A stretch of 63,995 nt of DNA, the filler included, from Perkinsus olseni (Eukaryota), in NCBI GenBank assembly GCA_013115125.1. It is 12 parts of 12 records of this genome, joined end to end, with 100 filler letters (N's around TTAATTAATTAA, not from the genome) between each part and the next. Parts side by side here need not be neighbours in the genome. Positions count along the whole stretch, not along the records: positions 22,034 to 27,398 come from JABANN010001191.1; positions 27,499 to 32,855 come from JABANN010001192.1; positions 32,956 to 38,293 come from JABANN010001193.1; 9 more parts are not named here. The stretch is one strand, 5' to 3'. The notes beneath the pieces were generated by a model. That model did not search any database, was not told where the DNA came from, and saw nothing but the letters and a program-made list of their open reading frames with translations. A program made the position numbers and the translations under genes. Below, piece after piece: positions 23,630 to 36,685 of the stretch; position 1 is the stretch's first letter; each line of letters opens with the position of its first letter.

Positions 23630-26600
23630 ATGGTTTTTCAGTGCTTACAGATTATTTGCAATAGATCCGTAGCGTGTCTGAACTCTCTAGCCCAACTCTT
23701 ATCTCCTCACTTTCTTTTAGTTCAGGAACCCCCAGCCAGGTACCATGTTAGCGGCTACCTGTGCTTCCGTTCCTCTCCGGCGGCGAAGGCTTCTGTCTAT
23801 GTCCGACAGGATCTATCCTCTGACTTCGCTCTCTCTACCAGCACGTCATCCGATGAGCTGGCTCTGGTAGTTTCCTCGTACCTATGCGTCGGCTCCTTCT
23901 ACATCCCCCCTGGCTCCCGCGAAGTTTCATCTCTATGGCAAGCCAGCAGCACTCTACCACAGTGTGACCATACAGTCCTCGGCGGCGATGGTAACGGCTA
24001 TCATGACCTCTGGGGTGTCCTCCATCCCGACAGGCGAAACGCGGATGCGGTGCGCACAGGTGGCCAGCTCGTGGACTTCGCCGACAGTTGTCTTCTTGAA
24101 TGCGCCAATGCCACCAACCCGTTGAAGGCTACTTACAAGCACGTCGGTTACGCCGATGGCACGAGAGAGTCGATTGTGGATGTCACCTTCCACGGCGAAG
24201 GCATTGAGGTGGCTCACTGGCGTGTGGAGGATATGGAAACACTCAGCGACCACTTTGCGGTACGCTTCGACATACTACTCAGGGGCGACGTGGCCACCGA
24301 CCCGAACAAGACTATCAACGATCTAAGCCATCTCGCCTACGCGAAGACGGACTGGAACGCTTACCTCGAGTACCTGCGTGTGAAGGCTCCCCACTGGGGA
24401 GTCCCCAGATCGACCGGACTCCCATCACCTCCGCTAACCAGCTGGAGCTCAGGATTAACGAGCTCACTCGTCTTCTGCAAGAAGCGGCGTCTTCTGCAAC
24501 ACCTTCGAAGAAGCCTCCACGTCGGCGCAAGGACAAACTATGGTGGGATGAGGCCTGCCGCACATCTCGTGCGGATCTGAGACGTTTTGAACGCACTCAC
24601 GGTCGGGGCAGTAGTGAATACCGACGTGCTCGGAATGCTTACAGGTCCCTTATAGAGCAGAAGAAGAGGCAGAGCTTCCAGGACTTTGCCGACAAAATCG
24701 AGAACGACAGAGGTTTCTTCAAGAGGATTAAATCTCCTGCTAGGGCGGGCGATGCTCTCCTACTTGGCGACACCACCCCTGCTGAGACGGTTGGTCGGCT
24801 CGCCGACGCCTACCTAGGTTCCACTACCCCAGAGCGCGCAGAAGTAGCGGCTTGGCCGACGCTCCCGACGAATGGCCACAACATCATTGTCACCAAGCTG
24901 CACGTCGAGAAGACCCTAGCCTCCAGGAAGAAGAACTGGGACAAAGCGAGCGGTCCGGATGGCCTTCGACTTCGTCATCTCTCCACGGTTCCAAGCGATA
25001 TCACTACTGAATTGAGTCTCATCATTACGGCTAGCATCGCGCTCGGTCATGTCCCAACCCCCTGGAAGACGGCCTCAGTCTGCTTTTTGCCTAAAGGCAG
25101 AAGCAAAGGTGAGCTCAAAGGTGTCAGGCCCATCTCTCTCCTACCGGTTATGTGCAAGCTCTGCGAGTCTTGCGTCCTCGATCTCCTACAACCGCTAGAG
25201 GACCTGATGCTCTCGTCTGACATCCCCTACGGTTACCTGCCGGGCAGGAGTACCACAGGCCTTGCCAACCACATCAAACGACAACTCCACCAAGGCAAGA
25301 AGAGCCCATGGGCCTTGGCAGCACTAGATTGTAGCAACGCCTTCGGCGAGATCAAACATGGTCGCATCTTCGAGTCACTAACCCGACACGGAGTCTCACC
25401 TCTCCTATGCAACTGGATTGGTGGCTGGCTCTCAGGCAGGATAAACCGAGCGCTTTACCTCGGCATCGAGGAATGTCGATTCGCTCGGTCGGATGTTGGC
25501 ACTCCCCAGGGCGCGATCCTCAGCCCCATGCTCTTCAACATCTGCTGTTTTGATGCTCTGTCACAGCTTCAGGTCAACCTCACCGAGTCAGCAGCTGAGA
25601 CCGTGACCAAGGTGTGCTCCTACGCCGACGACAGCTACCTGACCTTCCGCTTCGCAAAGGGCCTGTCGACCGCTCGTATGGACTCCCTGGTACATGAAGG
25701 CATCCAACGAGCTCAAGCTGCCCTTGACCCTCTGGGGCTGGTGATCTCCCTGGAAAAGACTGCAGTCCTTGTGAACTATCGGTCAGACCGCTATATCAAT
25801 AAGACCATCAAAGTGCTCGGTATCATCTTCTCGAAGTCCGGTTCTTGGCGTCCACATCTACAAGAGACTCTCTCTAAATGCCAAACGTCGCTCAACCTCA
25901 TTTTGAGGTATGTCCGACGCAACTACGGCCTTTCGACAGAGGCGATGATCAAAGTGTTTGACCTGACCGTGATACCCAAGCTCGTCTACGGGATGGGCTG
26001 TTTCGGCAGTATCCTCTTCGAGAAAGGCGCCCAGAAGACCCTCAACCAATTCCAAGCCAAGTTCATCAAGATCGCATTGCGGCTTTCACACTATGCCCCG
26101 ACCAAGGACACCTTGGCCTTAGTTGGGCGCCGGCCATTGTCGGAGACTCTGACCATTAGAATCGGTATCGACTGCCTACACAAACATGGCTTCCTGGGTA
26201 GCCTCACCTGTGGCGCGACCGGCGCGCTGAAGAAGAAGGTACTTGATGGCGTTGCGGAACTCTCACCGACATCAAGGAGCACCAAGGACTACGAGAAGAC
26301 CTCACGTCTACCCAGGGCGTTTACGGCATGCACCTCCCTACTCCATTTTTTTTTGTCCACGAGAGGGCTATTAAGCTTGCAACTGGCAAGGCTCCATCAC
26401 CCTATCGCATCTACACGGATGGTTCACTTCTTAAGCACGACCGATCAGCGGGTGCAGCTTTCATAGCCCTTGACAGGGCAGGCAAGCCGTTAGCCGAGAA
26501 GCTCTACAAGCTCCCTCGCCACGCCAGCATAGCCCAGTGTGAGACTTATGCCCTGTACCGTGCCCTACGCTTCTGCAAGGACTCTGGTTGGCAACAGAAG

Positions 26601-27233
26601 GCCACCATCTTCACCGACTCCTACTCCTGCATTCTCTCAATATGCTCCCGGACGACGAGATGGCTCACTGGTAAGATCAGAGATCTCATCGTAGCATGTC
26701 AATGTCAGATTGCCTGGGTTCCATCCCACACCGGGCGGATACCGGGGAACGAGCTCGCTGATAACCTGGCGAACCTCGCCAGGCGGATTGGCAAGCCAGT
26801 CTCTGTACCCTTCTCTCGCTCCCATACGGTCAAGACCATCACTGCTAAAGTCGAGGGTTGGCGAGAGGTGGATCTCGGCATCTGCAAGCACCCTGTACGT
26901 TCCCTACTGGGCTCTCGTCGCCAACGGACCCTAGTTCAGGATAATCTGAGGCTATTACCTCCTATTGCGAGGATTATTTTGAACCGGTCCAGATGTCTAC
27001 ACGCCTACCGTCACAGGATCGGCATTGACGAGTCGCCCCTATGCCCTGCATGCGGTCTCACTGACGACGGCCACCACAAACTAATTGTCTGCCGTAAGAC
27101 CACCTCTCGACCCTCATGGCATAACAGGCTGGGAACTGTGGGCAAGTATTCTATTTCTCTCAACAGACTGATTGTCTTATCTTCGGTCTGCCGGTCGATC
27201 GAGACCGCTGGACCTACCGAGGCAGGCGGCTGA
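23630..27233 (+). pseudogene. LINE ORF2: AP endonuclease - reverse transcriptase - RNase H - CCHC, with two apparent frameshifts (~24400 and ~26250-26355)
   Basis: APE motifs VQEP, GDGNGYH, SDHFAV; KLWWD; RT motifs RPISLL, LDCSNAF, GTPQGAILSP, YADD; RNase H motifs YTDGS, TDS, WVPSH, GNELAD. Confidence 0.92.
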
Positions 27234-27327
27234 TCCAGTCGCTCGCCACTCACAGCCTGATCCTACAGTCTCGTGATTATATAGCCTGGTATAGTCTGAT
27301 TAAGCCTACTGGCATCGGACTTTAAAC

Positions 27328-27328
27328 C

Positions 27329-27398
<70 letters not shown>
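27328..27398 (+). repeat. (CAA)n tail of the LINE, >=23 perfect units, runs into the contig end
   Basis: Read directly from the sequence. Confidence 0.97.
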
Positions 27399-29020
27399 NN
27401 NNNNNNNNNNNNNNNNNNNNNNNNNNNNNNNNNNNNNNNNNNTTAATTAATTAANNNNNNNNNNNNNNNNNNNNNNNNNNNNNNNNNNNNNNNNNNNNCG
27501 GCTCTCTCCTGTGAAAGTTCACCATCCCACTGACCTTCCTTGAACTTGAGCAGGGCGCAGTTGAGCTTTTGCCACTCCGAGCTTTACCTCGTTACACGCG
27601 TGTACCGACCAATTCAATGAAGAGTGCATCATCCGAAATTGGCACCTACCGAAGACGTATGTGATCGAACACATACACGGTGCTCCCACGTTTAGCAGAA
27701 TTGTACAACTCACGAATATATAGAATGACGAAGATCCATTTCTCGAATCACGGAGAGACCGAATTCTGAACTGCCCGAACCACCATGGGGACAAAAGACC
27801 GGATACGGAATACACCACTAACGGAACTATAGTGCTTACCCGAAACGACAATATACCGAATCCACTGCTTACTAAGATGATACCGAAAATTTCATGCAGT
27901 GGCTCAACAACAGCGATTGCAGTGATATTCATGGAGTGATTCGTATCCTAGGTTTGCCCATGACCACTATGGTGAGTAACAGTCACTCAGTAACTCATCA
28001 TGAGTTTCTCATCCGAAATAACAAGCAAGAAATGAGTAAATAATCCCCAATGAAGATAGTCGACCTGTCGGTCCCGAGATACTTCACTCACCGTCTCGGG
28101 TTATTCCGTGATGACCGTCACTAGACTAACACAACCAGCACTGAATTTGAGAAGCTATAAAAATTCAGCTACCGTTGAGCCGTAGTATCACTGGGTATAC
28201 TTAATGGCAATTAATGGATCAGAAACGACCAAATCACTCTCCTTCACGAATCGTGAATCACGAATTAAGGTTACAATGAGCGTAACGGGCGACTCTCCAA
28301 AATGGTAAGGGACAGAGCATACAATTTCCCAGTCCAATTACCCAGTATAGTAAGCATAATAGTGCTGCGCCCTCTCAGTATGTTACGCTCGTATGCTGTA
28401 CATGTCGCGACGATTGCCGCAGCATCCACACGCATCGTGTTGGCGCGACACAGCGAATATGACGGAAGCGTTGTTGAACAGCGGAAAACGGAGTCATTTA
28501 TACATGCTGGATTGAGCGACTGGATTGCGATTCGATGACACTTCATTAGATAGAACGACTTGATCAATTAGATCGGCAGGGTCCGAGATGTGTCATTAAG
28601 AATAATGCTATGCGGTGAGTGCACTGAGTGTAACACAACCACGCCTTAGGCAATGTAGCGACAACGGACGGATTAGCTAAGGCAGCAGATCCGTCATCAT
28701 AGCGTAACGTTCTCTATAATACGTTCCCGAAGAACCATCGCTTGTGCGTACCACCTACTACTGCGGTCGCAACACTTGATGGTTCTGCATCCAAGACAGA
28801 CCAAACTTGGATAAGAAGGACACTTGAGCTTAAGATGATTACACAGTCACAGTCGAAAAAATCAATGACACTAGACGACACCTCGTCTGCGCAGAAATGG
28901 GCAACAAACAGGGGTAGCGACTGGTCAACTTCCTGATCCATCGTCGCGAGCAAAATGACGAGACACCGTCATGAATGGAGTGATCCTGCAATCGGCGCGA
29001 TCAGGAAGTCCAAGTCAGTC

Positions 29021-29932
29021 CTACCAGCGTATCTTGCCGCCAAGCCCGTACTTCCCAAGCAAGGTCTGGTAAAGGGGCTCAAGCTTAGATACATCGGGCA
29101 GGTCATCACCCTTAGAGTACAAATCAAACTTATTAAACTCCTTCACCGTCTCGAGCTTCGCTGCATCTTCAGGAGCCATCAAGTGCTTGTAGGCACCTTT
29201 GTCGTGCCAGGGGTAGAAGCTGTGGTAACGGATACACCAGAGGCCTTCAATCGGGAGGGCACAGGTCGGATGATTGCTCAGGACTTGGTAAAGATACTCA
29301 TCATGACCGAACCCCATGAGGAGGTTGTCCAGCCCACAGTGGGGCTCATACATACCGTACTTGGTACCATAAACTGCATGCTTCGTGTCTGGATTGCCCT
29401 CGAACTGATGAGACAGCACTATGTCCTTGCTGAACTCACAGCCAACAGGGAAGGTGTCACCAACGACACACCACTGCTCTTCGCCCCAACATGACATCAC
29501 CTTACCGAGATCATGTACAAAGCCAGTGAGCCATAGCCAATCCTTGTCCGGGTGCAGCTTGCGGATGGCCTCGGCAGTCATGAAAGCATGCAAAGAGTTG
29601 GGGATGCTCACGTCTGGGTCGCTCTCGTCCACGAAGTTGTCCAACTTGTGTAACACCTCCATGACAGTGTGCTCACCGCGGGTGAACCCGAGCCACTTTT
29701 TGTGAAGACTGCGGACCTTCTCAACCGTCATGTTTTCATGTTGTTTTCTATAGTTGGATTCTACTATACTCTGCCTCGATGAATTCTCGTAGTTGCGGTA
29801 CGCTTCGCCCAGCAAGTTTGTGGGACGAAAGCTGTTGGCAACAGCTTCTGCCGAATAGTGCTTGCTCTCGACCGGCGGTTCAGATGCTACCACAGGACCA
29901 TCGCAGTTGGAATAGATGGGCGTCACTGGCAT
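29021..29932 (-). CDS. MIOX: myo-inositol oxygenase, intronless
   Basis: VDESDPD, HAFMTAE, HDLGKV, QWCVVGDTFPVGC, GHDEYLY, IRYHSFYPWH and FNKFDLYSK motifs. First in-frame ATG at 29932. Confidence 0.97.
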   Translation of the reverse strand: MPVTPIYSNCDGPVVASEPPVESKHYSAEAVANSFRPTNLLGEAYRNYENSSRQSIVESNYRKQHENMTVEKVRSLHKKWLGFTRGEHTVMEVLHKLDNFVDESDPDVSIPNSLHAFMTAEAIRKLHPDKDWLWLTGFVHDLGKVMSCWGEEQWCVVGDTFPVGCEFSKDIVLSHQFEGNPDTKHAVYGTKYGMYEPHCGLDNLLMGFGHDEYLYQVLSNHPTCALPIEGLWCIRYHSFYPWHDKGAYKHLMAPEDAAKLETVKEFNKFDLYSKGDDLPDVSKLEPLYQTLLGKYGLGGKIRW

Positions 29933-31539
29933 GCTACTCCGGCTACACAACTAACTGAGAAGATCATATGTGAGGTGATCAAGCCCGCTTGATGGAAGCA
30001 CAAGCGAAATGCAGAGTAAGAACGAGAACGTTCCACACGATCAACAACTTGGCCCCCGACCTCCACGGCGAAGATTTTTTGAAGGAGACGAAATTTTACA
30101 CGTCTGTCATGGTAAAGCATACGGAAGCCGTGGAAGACACTACGAGCTGAACGTTTCTCTGTGACGTAGACCCGAGCTGAGAAATCGCGGTAAGAATATT
30201 TTGAAGATACGCAAGGTGCGCATGCGTGCAATTAGCGAAGCGATCCGCGTACTAAATTTTTCTTTCACTCGTCTTGGGCGGGCAACTCGAGTTTGTGCTC
30301 AGAAAAGCCGACCCGACCTCGCCTGAGCGGTTGCTGATGTAATGGAAATGGCGGCCGCCCGAACCGTGTCTCCTCCGTAAAGGAATTGTGCATTGGCGGG
30401 ACTCGTATATTTTTCTAGGTTCGGACTTTGCGGGTGAATTACACCACCCGCCTTGCGCTGTTGAGGATATGTCGTTGCCAGACAAGAAACTGGCGGAGGA
30501 GGGAGACGCGTCGAGGGGCCTCCGGTGTCTTTGGGGGTCGTTTAATAAACCTGTTGTGGAACTTATAATCGATAGTGGTCTCGCATTTTTCGTGAAAAAA
30601 ATCAATTCTGGAATCGATTCTGAGTTTCAAAGTTGGTTTATTGAACAGGGGGAGGCTTTAGTTGCGCTGAGCGGAGCCACGCAAGAATGACCGTGCCTGA
30701 ACCCTGGGGTAGCACTTCCCACGCTGCGTTCTCAGGAGCTTGCCTCTGTGCATTTGCCAGCAATGCGTGATGTCATATATCGTTTCGAGCAGCTACTCCC
30801 CGTAACGGACCCCTTGTTTCCTGCTGTTGTTCTCTCGCCTGTTGAGTTGGATGAGTATCTCCTGGTGAGACCTGTTTCCTGTTCCCTCGCTCAGCTGTTA
30901 TATTCTGTAAATGCGGTATTGTACCCCCATCGTTAATTGGCTGGACTTTGCTAAGCGGTTGGCCTGGGTTGCTGGTAGTATCCGGACGGGTGGACTGGAG
31001 TATAGGCCCTTCGCCCTGCTCGCTCAGCGTCATTAAAATTGAGTAATCAACACTCAGTCGCGTTTATGAGGTTAAATTCCAACGCCTACAGTTCGGCTTA
31101 GTTAGACTAGCACCGACGTACCTTTCTGTGGGGGATCGGTCTAGCCTGTTGAATAGACCCTGCTCATCAAGCCAAGGAATGTTGCTCTTCAGAGAGAGCT
31201 CTTCCTCGGTCGGGATGCTTACTTTCCTCCCGGCAATGGTGTTTGCACGGCATGAAAATCGCGATCGGTTTTCAGTGGATATTGATCTTGTGGGCTCCCG
31301 TTGTTCCAGGCTGCCTGAACTGGCTGGAAGCTCGACGCTTCGAATCGGATTTAGCCGGCAGGTTGTTGGTGAAATCAGCATACATCGACTGAAAATGTAT
31401 TCGCGGCTTCTCGTTTGAAGAAGGTCATTTTGACCTAGTACAGTCTGGGAATTGTCTCTCGGCGTGGTCTGCTTGGGAAAGTTCCCAACTCGCCACGTAC
31501 GAAGAAACTGAGTTTGACGACCACCGCTGCTCTGTAGAT

Positions 31540-32195
31540 CTCACTGCGCCCAAGTCGCTATCCCTGTAAGTTTATAGTTCAACGTCGGTATCGCCCCAGA
31601 CCGCGTCTTGAAACGCACGCACCAAATTGACGTGCTTGGCATTCCGCCTCTCCTTAGGTGTATCGATCCTTTTGGTAGCCTGGATGGCCGCCGAAGCCCT
31701 AGGGTTCTCTCCCTGGCTCCAATACACGCTCCTCGCGTTGTTCATTGCTCTGGTGGGCACACATCGTCGCAAGTCCTCTATTTTTGAGATGTGTCGCTTC
31801 AGGTAGCCGTCCCCGTATTCTATGCTGCCTGGACGGTTGTAAAGCCATTCCATTTACCTGTGGTGATGACCGCTGCCGAGTGCGCCAGGGCCGCTGACGT
31901 CATCTACAAGCACTCTACTAGAGAGGTCCTGGCTCCGTCGCCCGATGACTGCGCAGTGTGTCTAGAACGGTGGGAGGAGGGAGACACCCTGACGAAACTC
32001 GCCTGTGGTCACATGTACCACCCACCTTGCGTTCGGGCCTGCATTGCCGGCTCGCTACCTCTACGGTCGAAGCATGCCAACAACCTCACTGATGTCATTG
32101 AAGCAGTGTGCTGCCCGCTCTGTCGACGCCCGATAGTCGCGGACCCTGAACGCGTAGTGAGACTGATGAGAAGGAACAAGGCTGTTCTGTATTAG
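31540..32195 (+). CDS. RING-H2 finger protein (probable membrane-anchored E3 ligase), 3' exons; 5' boundary uncertain
   Basis: CAVC...LACGHMYHPPC...CPLCR. Hydrophobic upstream segment GVSILLVAWMAAEALGFSPWLQYTLLALFIAL at ~31657-31755. Further exons may extend back to ~30350. Confidence 0.75.
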
Positions 32196-34450
32196 CGATC
32201 ATCGGCAAGTGGTAGACACTTCCCTGCAACGTTTAAACATTATTTCCTAGGGTACCGCTGCTGCTTCCTCTGTTGTTATTGCACCATTTTCGTGTTAAGT
32301 GCTCGTCCGTCCCGAACGACACTGCAAATTCACTGTCTCTGGTTCTTCCCGTGTTCTGCTGGTGGCTCCTTTGCGCGAGATGGACGGCGGCTTCTTCATC
32401 TCTGTACTCCATTCTGTTCCTTTACCATACATATCGTCGTGTCACTCAGTAATCTCTTACTGGCATAACTATCACAGCACAACAGCGGTAGTCTTACCTC
32501 ATCAGCGCGGCTTTGCGTTCGCTAGTACGGCGGGAGTTGCGCAAAATGTGGTATCAGGCCGCTGGCCTTCGTGAACCCATACAGGACTTCTCGAGGCAGT
32601 AACAAAAATGACCCCCTCTTTCAAAGTGTGCGGATCTCATCGCCGCCACAATAAAGAGACAACGGAGCGGAGATGGGGAGAATCTTTTGAATAACTTTTT
32701 AACTGTTGTTTCACCCTCAGTAAAACTTTTGGCCTTCCCTGCCCAGGAAAAATCAACTCGGATTGACGAACTGCACCTTTTGGTTGCAAATCCTGCTCCG
32801 ATGCACACGACCCACCCTAAACTCGTCGAACTCGACTCGTCCCGCCCTGCCGATGNNNNNNNNNNNNNNNNNNNNNNNNNNNNNNNNNNNNNNNNNNNNT
32901 TAATTAATTAANNNNNNNNNNNNNNNNNNNNNNNNNNNNNNNNNNNNNNNNNNNNGAAGTTACCAGAAGACTCACTGACTTTACTCACGAGACCCGCAAA
33001 GGGTTGTAAAAATGTGACACTATGAGGATCAGTTTATGAAGACTACTATGACAGTGCCCTTCTCCGAACTGGGGCGTAAGAGAGCACGTTGTTCCTTATG
33101 TTCCCTAGTCAGCCATAGCTGGCTGCTTGTACCTGGAGTTTACGGTTTTACCGACCCCTTTTCAATGGTTGTCAAGACTTCCTTTCCTTTTATCATATCA
33201 GTGGTTCATAAAGCTAATCGTTGTTTGAAGTGCTTTCAGTCGCTGTTGCGTGAGTCAGGCTTCCTTGGCTGGATACAGGGCTTGGAGGTCCGTCAAGGAG
33301 AGCCTTCTTCTTCGGTTGAGACTTCAGAGCGTTCGCATGCTCTTCAACAACCGCTCTTACGCTGCTCTCAACACGGGTCAGTTTTGCGCCAATCGACCGT
33401 TTCTCTCTGGCGAGAAGACGCCTGACTCTGTGAAGACCTAGATTTTTGTGTCGCGGTCTCGGGCCTCGTGGGAGAGTCCGGGTGCCGGGTGATGGCAGTG
33501 GAATAAGGGGAGGGATTCCTACTAGCCAGTGAGTTCCGAAGCTGCCAAAAGATATTCTACCAAGCCAGCAAGGCTATTCTTCAAGGTTGGATACGCGGGT
33601 GTTTCTGCTGGCCACTGGCACCGTACAGATGCAAACTACATCAAATTACCTGACAGTAACGCTTGTCGTCCTGTGGATGAATCCAAAATCGTAGAGGAGT
33701 ATGGGGGTGAGAATTGACTGTCACCTTGTAAATGCTCTGAGCATACTGGACAGTTTACCACCAAACGCTACGATACTAGTCGATCGAGTTGGTGATAACA
33801 ATTTGACGTGATCGCGAAGGCGTTATGATAGAGATGCAAGATGGTGCTCAGTCTACGGACATCGGAGCAGCAGGCGGGGGTCCACAGCTCAACTCTGAAG
33901 GGTCTTCTATATTGTTATCGGCCGTTATACGCATAAACAGTGTGGCCACGTTCAAGTCTTTGGCGCTCGCCGGTCACTGTCTATCTTGCAGACATGGTGC
34001 CGTTAAAATGTAGCGTAAGAGTACCGATCCGCGGGAAGTGGATCCACGTGCAGCAAGCCCTCTAGCTCTCACAGCTAGATGCGATTCAATAGCTAGTCGA
34101 ACCTTGAGATGAGAATCGCCTGGGGATGTCAACTGTGAGAATAGCTGGCATGTCCCCACGCTAGCTTTAAGTGTGATCCTGCCCTTGTTGGGGACAGGGA
34201 GGAGTATCGGCGTTTGGAGTGGTTGTAGATATGATTCACTGTTGTGTTATGCCTTCAGCACCCGGTCCTCGACCTCCTGCGTTTCAGTAGCATGTAAATA
34301 TGATGAGGGCGTCGGGCGGTTCTTCTCGGAAGGGCTCTCTGTCTATACGCCGTTGTCGTCTAGGCGCCACTCACGGCCTCCTGTACGCTGGTCTGCAGCA
34401 TGATGAGCGTTCGACGGCACGTGATCGTGGTGGCTGTCAGCTGTGTTTGT

Positions 34451-36685
34451 ATGGACTGTATAGACCTTATGACCTTCGGAGCCACCGACTCTACCGAGGG
34501 GCGTATCAATGTATCTGGCAGGTGTGAGCAGACTGTGAGCGAGCCCCTCACCAGCTACTTCCAAGCCTTCGTCGAGTCCCAGCCGGATCTGTTCGACCGA
34601 GGTAATCTGCTCCCTCTGAGCTCATCGTGCAGCCTTCAGCCTCAGATACCAATCCTAATGGTTATCTCACTATGTGTGTTGCGGAGAATAGATCTATGGA
34701 GGCCATGCTGGAGGCGAGAACGAGACAGGTGCCGGGCTGCTTCTTAGTCATTTGTGCAGTATAATCTTCCCATCTCGGTTCCTCCTAGCTCGCTGCGTGA
34801 CTGGACCTATCGACCTCTACCTTGGTTTGTGCATGCGTTCTCATCAGATCCTCGCTGATATGTCATCGGCCGAGCCATTCCCCAGCCGGGAGCTCTTCAC
34901 GTACGGAGAGTTCTCGGGTACGGGTACTCTGAAAGCCGCTGTTGCCGAAGTAAGTTGAGATTTCGTGGGGCGGACATAATCTCATATTTATCGTTCTCGC
35001 TCATGCTGGAGTCGCTTTCAACCCCCTAGTCAACTCAAGCTTGTTTTGGTGTACATGTCGTTGTGACTGAGGCAAATGCTCCTTAAAGTTGCTTGGCACT
35101 GCACGAGCGTCTTAGGTATTGCGAAGCAGTAGGGCTACTGTGGCACGCTGTGTTTCTGCCAGGCCGTCTCCACTTTCCTAGCTCCGTCACGAGCGGATGG
35201 TATGGAGACCGCTTCCGAGTTTACACCTGAGGATGTTATAGCTGTCACCAACGGGTGAGCATTGGAGACTTCCACTCCAACCCATTCACTGGTTTCCGTC
35301 GTGGTGTGGTAGATGCGGGCCCGCGATGAACCTCATATCGTTCTGTCTCGGCGATGGTGATGGAAAGGACTGTTTTCTCACTACCAAGCCTCTGTACCCG
35401 GTGTTCCTCCTGGACTGTGGCAAGGAAGCTGGGGTGAGCTACCCCTGCATGCTGCTCTTCGTACTCTCGATGTGGGGTCAGGTACGCGTCGTGCCGTCGG
35501 TGGAAACTTCAATGGAGACGAGCTTCGAGATATCGAGGTCGGTTGAATGCGATTTTCCGTTATGATTTTTGTCGTCTTCTGGCGCCTTCACCCTCCTCAG
35601 CTCCATCAGCAGCCTCGGAACTGCTGCTGCCGTGGCTACTATCGACTGTAGGTTGCCATCATCACTGTCAGGTCGGCCCTCGAGCAAGGTTACGAGGCTT
35701 GCATTGGCGAAGGGCTGAAACCCAAGGCGTTGCTGACTGTGAATCCTGGCAACCCGAGTGGTCGAGTGGCGGATGTCGAAGAGCTGCGGATGATTAGGAA
35801 TTGGTGTGGCGAGAAGGGCATATGGTGGATGTAGGTGAATGACGCTTTCGAGAGTTCTCCTTCTCTACGTATCTTTTCTGATCAGCTCCGACGAGATCTA
35901 CGGTTGCGCTGTGCATGACGACAGCGGCAAGCGTCACATCTCTGCGCTGAACCTAGTAAGTACCGTAGGGGCCTAGTACGGCTTCCACGCTATCTTCCTC
36001 GTCAGCCGCTTCTCCCGGGTGACATCGATCCCCCAACCCTGGTCCTCTGGGGCCTCAGCAAGGATCTAGGTCAGCGATGAGCGAAATATTGTCCGGCATG
36101 CAAATTCCTTCCTTCGTCAGGTTTGTCGGGCATGCGAGTTGGTTTCTGTCTGGGCCTACCCCGTCAACGTCACGACCCCTCCCTGGTGACTATGAAGCGG
36201 GCTGCTCGAACCTGTTACAACCTTTTCGCTATGGTTAGTCCATTAACACAGGTATTCAGGCTCTGGTTCAGCTCGCATACCACATTTTCCGTATTTCTCA
36301 GTGGTATACGGCGAAACTGCTTGGTGACAAGAAGTGGCTAGGCGACTACTTGTCGGGATACCGCAAGATTCTGACCAAGTGCAAACAGATCATTTGTAGC
36401 GGCCTCGAGGACCTGGGCGTCCCCTTCTACAAACCCGATGGCAGCATCTTCATCTGGGCCGATTTTACCAAATTTCTGCCATCTCACAACTCGACGGAGC
36501 TGTTCTCAAAGTTCTGCGACGAACCTTATAAGATTATCCCCTCCCCTGGTGACAGCTTCTTCGGTTCTCCTGGTGCTATGAGGTTTTGTTACATGTGGAT
36601 GCCTAATCCTCAGCAAGCCTGCCAAGAGCTCATCCGTCGCTTGTCAGTATTCGTACAGTCCAGTGGCTGTAAACAAGAAGAATAG
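34451..36685 (+). CDS. PLP-dependent class I/II aminotransferase, ACC-synthase-like, multi-exon
   Basis: Exonic motifs GYLTMCVAEN, FTYG, PLYPVF, VNPGNPSG, SDEIYG and WGLSKDLGLSGMRVG (PLP lysine), separated by short GT-AG introns. Confidence 0.85.

Larger units (their letters stand above)
22452..27398 (+). mobile_element. Near full-length non-LTR retrotransposon (APE type with RNase H; I/R1/Tad1-like architecture)
   Basis: ORF1 with zinc knuckles, ORF2 with APE-RT-RNase H-CCHC, ~95-nt 3' UTR and (CAA)n tail. Confidence 0.95.
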
